Positions 37,257 to 47,516 of a stretch of 62,505 bases of DNA are shown piece after piece. Numbering within the stretch: position 1 is the stretch's first letter; each line of letters begins with the position of its first letter. Origin of the DNA: an uncultured Candidatus Saccharibacteria bacterium (GTDB lineage: Bacteria; Patescibacteriota; Minisyncoccia; Phycocordibacterales; UBA2163); contig CAZVGL010000004.1 of NCBI GenBank assembly GCA_964626705.1, positions 1-62,505 on the forward strand. The letters are read 5' to 3'. A program made the translations under genes and the position numbers. The notes under the pieces are model-generated. The model was not told the DNA's origin, made no database searches, and saw only the letters and a program-made list of their open reading frames with translations.

Positions 37257-37838
37257 ATGCTTAACGAAACAGAAGAAAATCAATATATGGAAAAAAGTGA
37301 TGAGGAAATATTAGTCATGTCTCAGGCTAAACCATATCTTTTTGGTATTTTACTTGATAGGTATCAGGATGCTTTTTTGCGTAAAGCTATTTCAGTGCTT
37401 GGAAATAAAGAAGATGCAGAAGATATAGTGCAGGAAGCTTTTACTAAGATCTATAGATATGCTGATAAGTTTCAAGTGCAAGATGGTGCGTCTTTTAAGT
37501 CGTGGGGGTATAAAATACTTCTCAATACCGCTTTTACTAGGTATCAGAAGATGAAGAAGCATAAAGGTGCTGTGTTTAATCCAGACCCAGAGTGGTACGA
37601 AGTCATGGCTGACACAAAAACACAACAGTTTGAGAAAGAAGAGAATAAAGATTATATAGACTCAGTATTGTCTCGGCTCCCAGAACATTTGGGCAGGGTA
37701 CTTAAACTTCATTTTATAGAAGGTAGGCCACAAGAGGAGATAGCTAAGATGGAAGGAGTCTCAGTAGGAGCAATAAAAACAAGGGTTCATAGGGCAAAAA
37801 AAGAGTTTAAAAAGATAAATGAAACTATTGGTAATTAA
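37257..37838 (+). CDS. ECF RNA polymerase sigma factor
   Basis: DAEDIVQEAF, FKSWGYKI, EIA...SVGAIKTRVHRAK. Confidence 0.93.
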   Translation: MLNETEENQYMEKSDEEILVMSQAKPYLFGILLDRYQDAFLRKAISVLGNKEDAEDIVQEAFTKIYRYADKFQVQDGASFKSWGYKILLNTAFTRYQKMKKHKGAVFNPDPEWYEVMADTKTQQFEKEENKDYIDSVLSRLPEHLGRVLKLHFIEGRPQEEIAKMEGVSVGAIKTRVHRAKKEFKKINETIGN

Positions 37839-37962
37839 TGAGGTTATAAAAGATATAGAAAATCGTTCCGTAAAATATGTTTTTAGAAAAGTCCTCGGAC
37901 CTCCTCGGCTTGCCTCGGCCAGACTTTTAAAAACATACTTTACTTCACTTATTTTAATTAAT

Positions 37963-38307
37963 ATGAATAATTTACAGCTTAAGAAAAAAATAATGAGACG
38001 AGTATATATGTTGTATGTACTTGGTAAAGTATTAAGTAGAGCCGCATTTAAGGTGTATGCAACGCTCGCGCTTTTATACGGTATAAAAATATTCGTACAT
38101 GTAGAAGCAGTTGCAAACAATATGCCTGAGTTTAGTAATTTGTCTGCACTATTTGATTTCATGTCATATGCTGCAGTAAATACAAATCTTGCAGTGCAGT
38201 TTCTGATATTTGGTATCGTAGCACTTGTAGTGTGGGTGTTGAGAGACAGTATTAAAAATATATTTGAACATAGTGTCAGAAATAACTCAGTACAAAACGC
38301 ACACTAA
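37963..38307 (+). CDS. Hypothetical membrane protein after the ECF sigma (possible anti-sigma)
   Basis: 2-3 TM; ATG at 37963 preferred because the longer ORF crosses an intergenic repeat. Confidence 0.6.
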   Translation: MNNLQLKKKIMRRVYMLYVLGKVLSRAAFKVYATLALLYGIKIFVHVEAVANNMPEFSNLSALFDFMSYAAVNTNLAVQFLIFGIVALVVWVLRDSIKNIFEHSVRNNSVQNAH

Positions 38308-38325
38308 ATCTAATGTATTAATTTC

Positions 38326-38363
38326 AATAAAAAACTCCCTAATTAATTAGGGAGTTTTTTATT
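38326..38363. terminator. Bidirectional terminator (perfect 38-nt palindrome)
   Basis: AATAAAAAACTCCCTAATT|AATTAGGGAGTTTTTTATT between convergent genes. Confidence 0.75.
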
Positions 38364-38365
38364 TT

Positions 38366-39370
38366 TTATTCTGCTAGTTTTTTGCGGATTTCTTTTAGTA
38401 TGCTGTCGGCGATTTTTTTATTTCCTTTTAGGAAGATCCTTGTTGCATCGTAACCTCGGCCGAGCTTTTGCTCGCCGTATGAATATGATGCACCAGACTT
38501 TTGTACTATGTCATATTTCTCGCCGAGCGCTAATAGCTCTCCTTCTCTTGAGATACCTTCGTTATACATAAGGTCGAACTCACTTACTTTAAACGGTGCT
38601 GCGACTTTGTTCTTTACAACCTTTACACGCACACGCCCGCCCATTACTTCATCTGCTTTTTTAATCTGGGCGATCCTTCTTATGTCTATCCTTACTGATG
38701 TATAGAACTTAAGTGCTTTACCTCCCGGAGTAGTCTCTGGGTTGCCAAACATTACACCTATTTGCATCCTGATCTGGTTTATGAAAATAACAACTGTCTT
38801 TGACTTGGCAACTATTGCAGTAAGTTTCCTAAGAGCTTGCGACATAAGTCTTGCTTGTTTACCTACATGGTGTGCGCCCATGTCACCCTCTATTTCATCT
38901 CTTGGAGTAAGTGCTGCTACAGAGTCCACTACTATTACATCAAGTTTTCCGGAACGTACTAGTGACTCTACGATCTCAAGAGACTGTTCTCCTGTGTCGG
39001 GTTGTGAAAGTAGAAGTTCTTCTGTCTTAACGCCAAGTTTTTTTGCATATACTGGGTCCATAGCATGTTCTGCATCTATAAATGCACACACGCCGTCTTT
39101 CTTTTGTGCTTCTGCTATTACATGCAGTGCGAGAGTCGTCTTTCCAGAAGATTCGGGTCCAAATATTTCGACAATCCTTCCGCGGGGGAGTCCACCTATG
39201 CCAAGCGCCCAGTCTAATCCTATTGAGCCAGTGGGGATCGCATTTACATCTACTTTTGGTGATTCGCCAAGTTTCATTATGGATTCTTCACCAAATTTCG
39301 TTTTTATTTCTTTTATTGTATCTTCAATACTTGACCCTTTTGCTTTTGGAGCTGCTTTTGCTTTTGCCAT
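38366..39370 (-). CDS. recA: Recombinase RecA
   Basis: [25 protein letters not shown]. Confidence 0.99.
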   Translation of the reverse strand: MAKAKAAPKAKGSSIEDTIKEIKTKFGEESIMKLGESPKVDVNAIPTGSIGLDWALGIGGLPRGRIVEIFGPESSGKTTLALHVIAEAQKKDGVCAFIDAEHAMDPVYAKKLGVKTEELLLSQPDTGEQSLEIVESLVRSGKLDVIVVDSVAALTPRDEIEGDMGAHHVGKQARLMSQALRKLTAIVAKSKTVVIFINQIRMQIGVMFGNPETTPGGKALKFYTSVRIDIRRIAQIKKADEVMGGRVRVKVVKNKVAAPFKVSEFDLMYNEGISREGELLALGEKYDIVQKSGASYSYGEQKLGRGYDATRIFLKGNKKIADSILKEIRKKLAE

Positions 39371-39371
39371 T

Positions 39372-39734
39372 TTATTTATATATTAATTCTAATTTCTTCT
39401 CAATGTCTCTATTAAATCTATCTGCTACCTTTATAGTTATTATATTATACCCATAAGATAGGAGCAATTTTTCTCCGAATACACCTTTGTCGTCAGTGAA
39501 TATTTGCCTGCCGTTCATGCTAATATGAGAAATATTTTTTGCATATCCTTTTATTTCAATAAGTGAATCTTCTACAGAAATGCCGTTTTTTGGTTCAGTG
39601 ATCTCTATAACAGGACCTAAGACAATGTTTCTTGCTTGAAAAAAAGCGTAGCCAGATATAATAATTACAAAAAGTATAATTCCCGAAAATTTTATATATG
39701 AACTTAAGCTTTTGTGCAGAATTCTAATTCTCAT
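39372..39734 (-). CDS. Small membrane-anchored Ig-like domain protein
   Basis: TM + GP.IEITEP, L..G.NIITI...D; start overlaps the ftsK stop (39734 or 39740). Confidence 0.7.
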   Translation of the reverse strand: MRIRILHKSLSSYIKFSGIILFVIIISGYAFFQARNIVLGPVIEITEPKNGISVEDSLIEIKGYAKNISHISMNGRQIFTDDKGVFGEKLLLSYGYNIITIKVADRFNRDIEKKLELIYK

Positions 39735-42000
39735 CTCCATCTTCTTCCTCTGCCTCTTCTTCGTATTCATCGTCCAGACCTTCAAGAACTTCTCGCGGTT
39801 TTGAACCGTCTGCAGGGCCTATTACACCTCTTTCTTCGAGTATATCCATAAGGCGTGCTGCTCGTGCATACCCTATACGTAGTTTTCTTTGTAAGTATGA
39901 AGTAGAAGCCTTTCCAGCATGAATAACTATTTCTTTTGCTTCACCGTATAGTTCGTCATCTTCTTCATCGTCTTCATCAAGTATTGATTCAAATATGGCA
40001 CTATTGTCTGTATTTTTTACACCATTTACCGAGAGGTCAATCTCAGAATGTATGTCATCGCCATAGTTTTTTACTAGATATTTAACGACCTTTTTTACCT
40101 CAGCTTCTGATACGAATGCAGCCTGTAGTCTGCGAGGTTTAGACATTTCACCTGACATATAGAGCATGTCACCTGATCCTAGAAGCTTTTCAGCTCCTGC
40201 TGCGTCTAATATAGTACGTGAGTCGATCTGAGAAGCTACCTGAAGAGCGATCCTTGAAGGTATATTTGCTTTAATAAGTCCTGTTATAACATTTACGGAA
40301 GGTCTTTGTGTAGAAAGTGTTAGGTGTATACCAACAGCACGGCTCATCTGTGCTAATCGGACTATTACAGACTCTAACTCTCGTGGATACATCTGCATAA
40401 TATCAGCAAGTTCGTCTATAACTACTGCTATATATGGCATTGCTTCCATTTCTTCGTTTTCATCTGAATCCTCGTCGTCAGTATCAGTATTGTTTTCTAC
40501 TTTTACTCCATTAAGTTCAGCTATATGTGTATGGTATGACTCTATGTCGCGTACGGAGTTTTTCTCAAGTATTCCATAGCGCCTATCCATCTCTTTTGCA
40601 GCCCATTTAAGTGCCAAGATAGCTTTTTTAGGATCTGTGATAACTGGAGTAAGTAAGTGGGGGATATTGTTATATAGAGTAAGCTCTACTCGTTTAGGGT
40701 CGATCATGATAAATCTGAGCTGTTCTGCAGAGTTTCTGAATAGTAATGATGTGATAAGTGTATGTACGGTAACTGATTTTCCAGATCCAGTAGCACCTGC
40801 AATAAGTACATGAGGCATTTTGGCAAGGTTTCCAAAGTGAGACTTGCCAGTAATGTCTTTTCCTAGAGATACAAGTAGAGGTTTCTCTGAATTTTGGAAT
40901 TCAGATGATGCAAGTAGGGTAGAGAGACCTACTGTAGTCTTTGCTGTATTGGGTACCTCTACTCCAACTAACGATCTACCAGGGATAGGTGCTTCTATCC
41001 TTACGGGGTGTGCAGCTAAAGCAAGCTCCAGGTTGTTTTGAAGCCCGAGTATTTTAGAGAGTCGAACACCCTCTGCTGGTTTTAGGGCATAACGCGTAAC
41101 AGATGGCCCGATAGATATTTCGTCTACTTGTACATCGACGCCAAAGTTTTGCAGAGTTCTTTTTATGATATTTGCATTTGCTTTTATGTCACCGACACCT
41201 GGCTTACCTTTATCTTTCTCTAATATAGAAAGTGGGGGAGGGGTGTATGAGCCAACATGTATGTGTTTCATCTGTATTACATCTTGCTCAGACTTATCTT
41301 TATTAAGACCTAATATGTTTTTTATTCCAGATTTTTTCTTTGGTTCTTCGTCTTCTTCACTTTCCTCGTCTTCATCCTCATCTTCCTCTTCTTCATCTTC
41401 TTCCTCCTCACTCTCTTCATCTTCCTCTTCTTCGTATTCGTCCTCGTCTTCATAGTCGTCATCTGAATCTTGCTTCTTAAACATGTTCGTAAAAAAAGAG
41501 AGTGGAGGTAGTTTTGCATCTAGTAGTATTAAAAGTGATGCGATAACAAGACCCCAAAGAATAAGAAGTGCGACAACGATATCAAGAAGTCCTATAAGAG
41601 GAGAAGCGATGACTCCGCCGAGAAGTCCTCCTTTGCCGTTTACGGTTGCATCGACAAGCCCGATGCCTGCAAGGAAGAAAATAAGAGCACTGGCTTTTTT
41701 TAATGCACCAAATGAACTACTAAGGTAACGAATGTATGAAGCAGACATAAGGAAAAATAAAACCGGGATTATAAAATATCCTATTCCGAACAGTGTGGAA
41801 AGTAATTTAAATATCGTATCACCAACTACACCAGCACCGTTGAAGGCTGACAGAATAAGGAAGACTCCTAAGATAAAAAAGATTATTGCATATATACCTT
41901 GCGCGGTCTCTTTCTTCATATTGTCGAACATTCTAGGTTTTTCATCTCCGCTCTTTTTGCGCTTCTTTTTTGTATCTTTTTCTTTTAAGAATTTAAACAT
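39724..42000 (-). CDS. ftsK: DNA translocase FtsK/SpoIIIE
   Basis: 4 TM, acidic linker, GATGSGKS, IDELAD, gamma domain LQRKLRIGYARAAR. Confidence 0.97.
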   Translation of the reverse strand: MFKFLKEKDTKKKRKKSGDEKPRMFDNMKKETAQGIYAIIFFILGVFLILSAFNGAGVVGDTIFKLLSTLFGIGYFIIPVLFFLMSASYIRYLSSSFGALKKASALIFFLAGIGLVDATVNGKGGLLGGVIASPLIGLLDIVVALLILWGLVIASLLILLDAKLPPLSFFTNMFKKQDSDDDYEDEDEYEEEEDEESEEEEDEEEEDEDEDEESEEDEEPKKKSGIKNILGLNKDKSEQDVIQMKHIHVGSYTPPPLSILEKDKGKPGVGDIKANANIIKRTLQNFGVDVQVDEISIGPSVTRYALKPAEGVRLSKILGLQNNLELALAAHPVRIEAPIPGRSLVGVEVPNTAKTTVGLSTLLASSEFQNSEKPLLVSLGKDITGKSHFGNLAKMPHVLIAGATGSGKSVTVHTLITSLLFRNSAEQLRFIMIDPKRVELTLYNNIPHLLTPVITDPKKAILALKWAAKEMDRRYGILEKNSVRDIESYHTHIAELNGVKVENNTDTDDEDSDENEEMEAMPYIAVVIDELADIMQMYPRELESVIVRLAQMSRAVGIHLTLSTQRPSVNVITGLIKANIPSRIALQVASQIDSRTILDAAGAEKLLGSGDMLYMSGEMSKPRRLQAAFVSEAEVKKVVKYLVKNYGDDIHSEIDLSVNGVKNTDNSAIFESILDEDDEEDDELYGEAKEIVIHAGKASTSYLQRKLRIGYARAARLMDILEERGVIGPADGSKPREVLEGLDDEYEEEAEEEDGDEN

Positions 42001-42191
42001 GATAAGAAAATAATAACATAAAAGCAGGCATTATTTGAAGAAGTAATTGATTTTATATATGTCCGTTATATAATGGACATATCGTCATATAGCCACAGAC
42101 TAGACAAAAAGCTAATTTAGGGGTATATTCCAGTAAAGGACATCATCAGGCTATATAACTACAGGAGATGTTTTATAAAAGACATAACAAT

Positions 42192-43067
42192 ATGCATGAA
42201 AAATCAATAGAAAATAATAATCCCGTAGATTTTTTTGAAGGGAATCATCTATATATATACTTATATAAAAAAGCTGAAAAACTTGCGTCAGCTTTATATG
42301 TCGTTACCAACCTTATAGGGGACGGCGAGATACTTAAAGGTTTGTTAAGAGAGAAATCAATAAGCGTTTTTTCTGATACCATGCAATTACAAAAAATGTC
42401 CTTAACAAACGCCAGTACAATAAGAAGAGATTTGTCGACGAAAACTCAAGATGTCTCTTCGGATACATTGCTCTCTGGTATTACAGAAGTAATATCGTTA
42501 CTTGAGATAGCTAACGTATCTGGATACATATCAGAAATGAATTTCTCGGTATTGAAGCGTGAATATGTTGACCTAGGTACACTTATAAAAACAAGAAGAG
42601 AAGAGATCGTCTCAGATAATGTACGACTACCGAAAGAATTTTTCGATGTCCCTAATCTATATGAGACACGTGTTCTTAAGCAGGGTATTACAAAAGAAAA
42701 AAAAGATATTTCTATAAAGGACACAAAAAAGGTATCAAATATTACAACGCCAACTACACAGAAAACATATAAGACAAATACACAAAGAGAATCTTTTATA
42801 AAGGACACCTCTAATGCAGTAAGTAATGTTGCGAGAAAACAAAAAGGAATAGAGTATTCAAAAACAGCTGATATACGGCATAACAGTAGAAGGAATACAA
42901 TACTTGAGCTATTACAAAGCAAAGCTTTCGTTACTGTAACTGATGTAACGGATGCGATAGAAGGGTGTAGTTCAAAAACATTACAAAGAGAATTACTGTC
43001 TCTGGTTAGTGAAGGTATTTTAATAAAAAAAGGAGAAAGAAGATGGAGTACTTATAGTTTGGCGTAG
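42192..43067 (+). CDS. Conserved hypothetical protein with C-terminal winged HTH (DeoR-like)
   Basis: Helical N-domain; C-terminal CSSKTLQRELLSLV..G...KKGERRWSTY. Confidence 0.75.
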   Translation: MHEKSIENNNPVDFFEGNHLYIYLYKKAEKLASALYVVTNLIGDGEILKGLLREKSISVFSDTMQLQKMSLTNASTIRRDLSTKTQDVSSDTLLSGITEVISLLEIANVSGYISEMNFSVLKREYVDLGTLIKTRREEIVSDNVRLPKEFFDVPNLYETRVLKQGITKEKKDISIKDTKKVSNITTPTTQKTYKTNTQRESFIKDTSNAVSNVARKQKGIEYSKTADIRHNSRRNTILELLQSKAFVTVTDVTDAIEGCSSKTLQRELLSLVSEGILIKKGERRWSTYSLA

Positions 43068-43115
43068 CTTTATTATAAAGGACAAATAAGATCTAATTTC
43101 TAAGGAATCTTCGTG

Positions 43116-43158
43116 AAAATACAGGCAGGTTTTGCTTTGCAAAACCTGCCTGTATTTT
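43116..43158. terminator. 20-bp-stem hairpin terminator
   Basis: AAAATACAGGCAGGTTTTGC-TTT-reverse complement, followed by a T-run. Confidence 0.75.
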
Positions 43159-43784
43159 TTATATAAACACCCCATGCTTTATGGAGTTATCCACACTTTA
43201 ACACTTGTTGTTATTGGTTATTTTAACACTTGTATTATATAATTGACTTTAGGACTTTTCTGCTTGCATTTTGGCTTGAAATCGTGCATAATGCATGTTT
43301 CAGATGGATATGGATGTAATGGGGCAAAACGGGGGAATAGAGCGGTCATTGACAATTTAATATTAGTAGAAAGCTTCAGAAACACTCTTCCTTATATATG
43401 GATGCAACCTGTTTGCCCAAGAACAAAATAAAGTGATTGGATGCAAACAGCGAGTGCCCTTTGGGTGCAACAAGGTTGAAACTCGGTCTAAACTTCATCA
43501 ACGAATCTTCTATGTTCTGCGTCGATGCATTTTAAGAACATATTAGGTGCAGTAAGATTGTTGAAATTAGTATGGTAGATAAACACAGAAGTTTTACTCC
43601 TGTGTCTATCAGAAATTATTAACACAGAGACTATTAAATTTATTTTTAATAGTCTCAAATACACAATGTATTTTTTGTCGAATATAAAAAATACATTGTG
43701 TAACAGAATTGTTCTTCATTCACAATTTAATTAATTAACAGTGAAGTAAAGGACAACTTAACTTAAATTTAAAATTATAAACTT

Positions 43785-46700
43785 ATGAGTATTATTACAA
43801 AAAGTAATATAGCTACTAAGATTGCTATAGGAGCTATTGCAGTTGCATTTGTTTTCGGACTTATGTTTTCAGCAACAGCACCAGCACAAGCAGCACTGAC
43901 AACAAGTCAGGTTGATGCGATCATTTCACTGCTACAGTCTTTCGGGGCTGACGCAGCAACGATCTCTAACGTGCAAACATCTTTAACAGGTGGAACACCT
44001 ACAACACCGTCAGGTGGTACATCAACGGCTAGCGTATGTCCATACACATGGTCAGTTAGTCTTGACTCAGGAAGCGAAGGGGCAGACGTTATGGCTCTTC
44101 AGAAATTCCTAAACTCTGATTCAGCAACAATGATTGCTTCGTCAGGAATTGGTTCAGCTGGAAACGAAACAGATTACTTCGGTGGTCTTACAAAGTCAGC
44201 TGTTGTTAAATTCCAGAACAAATATGCTTCTGAAGTTCTAACACCAGTTGGACTATCAGCAGGAACTGGATACTTTGGTTCTTCATCAAGAGCAAAAGCA
44301 AATTCACTTTGTGCTACAGCTTCAACACCAACAACACCAACTACTCCAACAACACCTACAACTCCAGCAACTGGAACAGGATTGTCAGTAGTAGGAGGAT
44401 CACAGCCAACAGCAACTCTAGCTCCTGATTCAGCAGCTAGAGTACCCTTTACAACATTTGTTGTAACAGCGGGCTCAGACGGAGATGTTGTTATGAACAG
44501 TGTTTCTGTTGAAAGAACTGGACTTGCTCCAGATGCAGTTTTCTCAGGAATAGTACTTCTTGATCAAGACGGAGTACAAAGAGGAACTTCAAAAACACTT
44601 AATTCAAACCATCAGGCAACTATTGGTGAGAAAATAACAATACCAGCAGGTACATCAAGAACATTTACAGTAGCTGGAAACATGGCATCAGATAACTCAA
44701 CTCGAGATGGTACTGTTGCAGCACTTTCAGTAGTTGGAATTAATACTTCAGCAGCTGTTTCAGGTTCACTACCAATAGTTGGTACATCACAGACAATCAA
44801 TGCATCACTTGCTATTGGTTCAGTAACTATGGGAATATCTTCATTTGATCCAAACTCTGCACAATCAAAAGAGATTGGAACAACAGGAGTACGAATCGCA
44901 GGTATTACTGTAACAGCAGGTTCAGCAGAAGAGATCCGAATCAATAACATTCGATGGAACCAAACAGGTTCAGCCGGAAGTTCAGATATTACTAATGTAG
45001 TAACTACTGTTAACGGAACAGAATACACAACAACAGTTTCTTCAGATGGTAAATTCTACACAGCGCTTCTAGGTTCAGGAGTTGTTGTCGGAAAAGGAAA
45101 TCTTGTAGATATCTACGTAAAAGCAGATATCATCGGAGGTTCAGCACGAACAGTTATCTTCGATATCGACAAGACAACAGACCTAAACATTACAGGTGAA
45201 ACATTTGGTTACGGTATTACACCACCAGCAGGATCAGGTTCTGCAGGAACTACAAGTTCAGCATTCCTATCCGGAACACCATGGTTTGACAACGCAACAC
45301 TTACAATTAGCGCAGGTTCTGTAACAGCAATTCAGAAATCATCTACAGTTGCCGCACAGAACATCGCAGTTAATGTCGCAAATCAGCCACTTGGAGGATT
45401 TGAAACAGACATCAAGGGTGAAGCGATCACTGTTTCAGGAATGGTACTTACAGTAGCTACATCATCAGGAAGTGGTGGTACAGGTACACGTCTATTGACT
45501 AACGTAACAATTGTTGACCAAAACGGTACAGTTGTTGCAGGTCCAGTTGACGCAACTGACCCAACAATTACTGATGGTATACAAACTATTACTTTCACAG
45601 ATTCAGTTACAATACCTGTAGGCAAAATGGTCTACACAGTTAAAGGTAAGGTAGCTTCAACTGAAGGTAATGCTACAACGTACGTTACATCAGTTACACC
45701 TTCAGGATGGACATCACCAGTTGGAGACACAACAGGAGATTCAATCACAATTTCAACTGGCGTATTTACACTTAACACAATGACTGTTAAATCAGCAGCT
45801 CTTGATATAAGTATTTCATCAAATCCAGTAGCACAGAACATTACAGCAGGAGCGCAAGATTTCACTTATGCAAATCTTCAGCTTGATGCATCATCTTCAG
45901 GAGAAGATGTAAGGTTCTCATCTATTCCACTTGCGATGACATTCGCAAACTTGACAGTTACTGAAGTAACAGGATGTCAATTGTTTGATGGAACAACAGC
46001 TTTGAACACAGGTTCAAACGTTGTTACAGGAGCAGGAATTAGTGACGCTGACAATACATTTACATTTGACCAAACACTTATTGTTCCAAAAGGAACAATC
46101 AAGACACTTGCTCTTAAATGTGACCTTTCAAGCGGAACAGCAGCTAATGACTCTCTTTCATGGGGAATCAACGCAGCTCCATCTATTACAGTTACTGGTG
46201 TAACTTCATCAAACTCTGTAACAGAAACTATTACAGCTTCAGCAGGTCAGACTATGACTGTTGCAGCTGTAACAGTAGTTGCTTCAAAAGACTCTTCAAG
46301 TCCTTCTTACACAATAGTGTCAGCAGGTTCAACAGGAGTAAATGCAGGAGTTATCAAATTCCGAGCAGCAAACGAAGCAGTTACTCTTCAAAGAGTAGGT
46401 CTGTCACTTACAAACACAGCTTCATCATCATCTAGTGACCTAGTACAGGTATCTCTATATGATGGATTAACTAAGGTTGGTACAGCTACATTTACAGGTA
46501 CTAACACTAAAGCAACATCAACACTTGACGTGCCTGTAACACTTCCAAAAGACACAGACAAAACATTGACAGTTAAACTTGATCTAGCAGATATTGGTAC
46601 TTCAAAAACAGGTACACAAGGTGCTAAGATCGCAGTTGACATTGACACAAACAGTACAAACACACAGGGAGTTGGACAAGAATCAGGAACAACAGTTAAT

Positions 46701-47381
46701 GCTTCAGGTTCAACAGCTTTCGATGGTGTAAGAATGTTCAAGTCTAAGCCAACATTGGCAAAACTTGCACTACCATCAACAGTTCTTGTGACTTCAACTA
46801 TGGACCTATACCGATTCAGCGTAACAGCTGACTCAAAGGGTGCTATTGGAATCTACAAGTTCACTGTTAACGTAGCTACGTCTTCAACACCTTCAGGAAC
46901 ATCATCAACATCGGTGACGAACCTAAAGATCAAGGCGTTCACAGACGCTTCATTCTCAACTGAAGTATCTGGTTACACAACATCAGGTCAATTGAATGAC
47001 ACAGTTGCTAGCTTGATTTCAAGTGGTAATACAGACATTCTTATGACAGCGTCATCACAGGGTCAGGATTACCTCCAGATTCCTGCGGGATCTACATATT
47101 ACTTCCGAGTAATTGGAGATGTAGCGCTAACAGGTGGACCAACAGGTGGATCAATCACTACGAATCTTCAAGGTGATGCGAACTACCCACTACTAGTTGC
47201 AGCAACTCAAATGGTTAATGCAGCAAGTACAACAGCGTTCACAAATGCTAACGGAAATGACTTTATCTGGTCACCTAATGCGACAACAACATCAGATGTT
47301 ACGCATCAGGACTGGACAAACGGATACTTTGTATCAGGTTTGCCATCAGATAACATGGACAGTTCTGTTATCGTAAAATAA
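43785..47381 (+). CDS. Large secreted Thr/Ser/Gly-rich surface (S-layer-like) protein with peptidoglycan-binding-like domain
   Basis: Signal peptide (AQA/A), GADVMALQKFLN...YFG..T..AV..FQ, PTT repeat linker, beta-rich repeats, strong A/T-ending codon bias. Confidence 0.75.
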   Translation: MSIITKSNIATKIAIGAIAVAFVFGLMFSATAPAQAALTTSQVDAIISLLQSFGADAATISNVQTSLTGGTPTTPSGGTSTASVCPYTWSVSLDSGSEGADVMALQKFLNSDSATMIASSGIGSAGNETDYFGGLTKSAVVKFQNKYASEVLTPVGLSAGTGYFGSSSRAKANSLCATASTPTTPTTPTTPTTPATGTGLSVVGGSQPTATLAPDSAARVPFTTFVVTAGSDGDVVMNSVSVERTGLAPDAVFSGIVLLDQDGVQRGTSKTLNSNHQATIGEKITIPAGTSRTFTVAGNMASDNSTRDGTVAALSVVGINTSAAVSGSLPIVGTSQTINASLAIGSVTMGISSFDPNSAQSKEIGTTGVRIAGITVTAGSAEEIRINNIRWNQTGSAGSSDITNVVTTVNGTEYTTTVSSDGKFYTALLGSGVVVGKGNLVDIYVKADIIGGSARTVIFDIDKTTDLNITGETFGYGITPPAGSGSAGTTSSAFLSGTPWFDNATLTISAGSVTAIQKSSTVAAQNIAVNVANQPLGGFETDIKGEAITVSGMVLTVATSSGSGGTGTRLLTNVTIVDQNGTVVAGPVDATDPTITDGIQTITFTDSVTIPVGKMVYTVKGKVASTEGNATTYVTSVTPSGWTSPVGDTTGDSITISTGVFTLNTMTVKSAALDISISSNPVAQNITAGAQDFTYANLQLDASSSGEDVRFSSIPLAMTFANLTVTEVTGCQLFDGTTALNTGSNVVTGAGISDADNTFTFDQTLIVPKGTIKTLALKCDLSSGTAANDSLSWGINAAPSITVTGVTSSNSVTETITASAGQTMTVAAVTVVASKDSSSPSYTIVSAGSTGVNAGVIKFRAANEAVTLQRVGLSLTNTASSSSSDLVQVSLYDGLTKVGTATFTGTNTKATSTLDVPVTLPKDTDKTLTVKLDLADIGTSKTGTQGAKIAVDIDTNSTNTQGVGQESGTTVNASGSTAFDGVRMFKSKPTLAKLALPSTVLVTSTMDLYRFSVTADSKGAIGIYKFTVNVATSSTPSGTSSTSVTNLKIKAFTDASFSTEVSGYTTSGQLNDTVASLISSGNTDILMTASSQGQDYLQIPAGSTYYFRVIGDVALTGGPTGGSITTNLQGDANYPLLVAATQMVNAASTTAFTNANGNDFIWSPNATTTSDVTHQDWTNGYFVSGLPSDNMDSSVIVK

Positions 47382-47442
47382 TCTAGTTACGTAAGTATTT
47401 AGATTAATCTAGCAAGAGTTTGTTGAGACAGACTCTCTAGAA

Positions 47443-47477
47443 ACAAAAACCCCTCGGCTTAGCCGAGGGGTTTTTGT
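47443..47477. terminator. Intrinsic terminator after the surface protein gene
   Basis: ACAAAAACCCCTCGGCT-T-AGCCGAGGGGTTTTTGT. Confidence 0.8.
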
Positions 47478-47516
47478 GTTGCATAAGACACTGTTTTCTA
47501 TTAAAATAGTCTTCAT

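Noticed and set aside
41165-41519. Poly-Ser and basic ORFs overlapping ftsK
   Set aside because: Shadow frames of the low-complexity Asp/Glu linker of FtsK.
43068-43784. Replication origin in the long intergenic region
   Set aside because: Only one DnaA box, no dnaA or dnaN nearby, and GC skew cannot be judged from this window.
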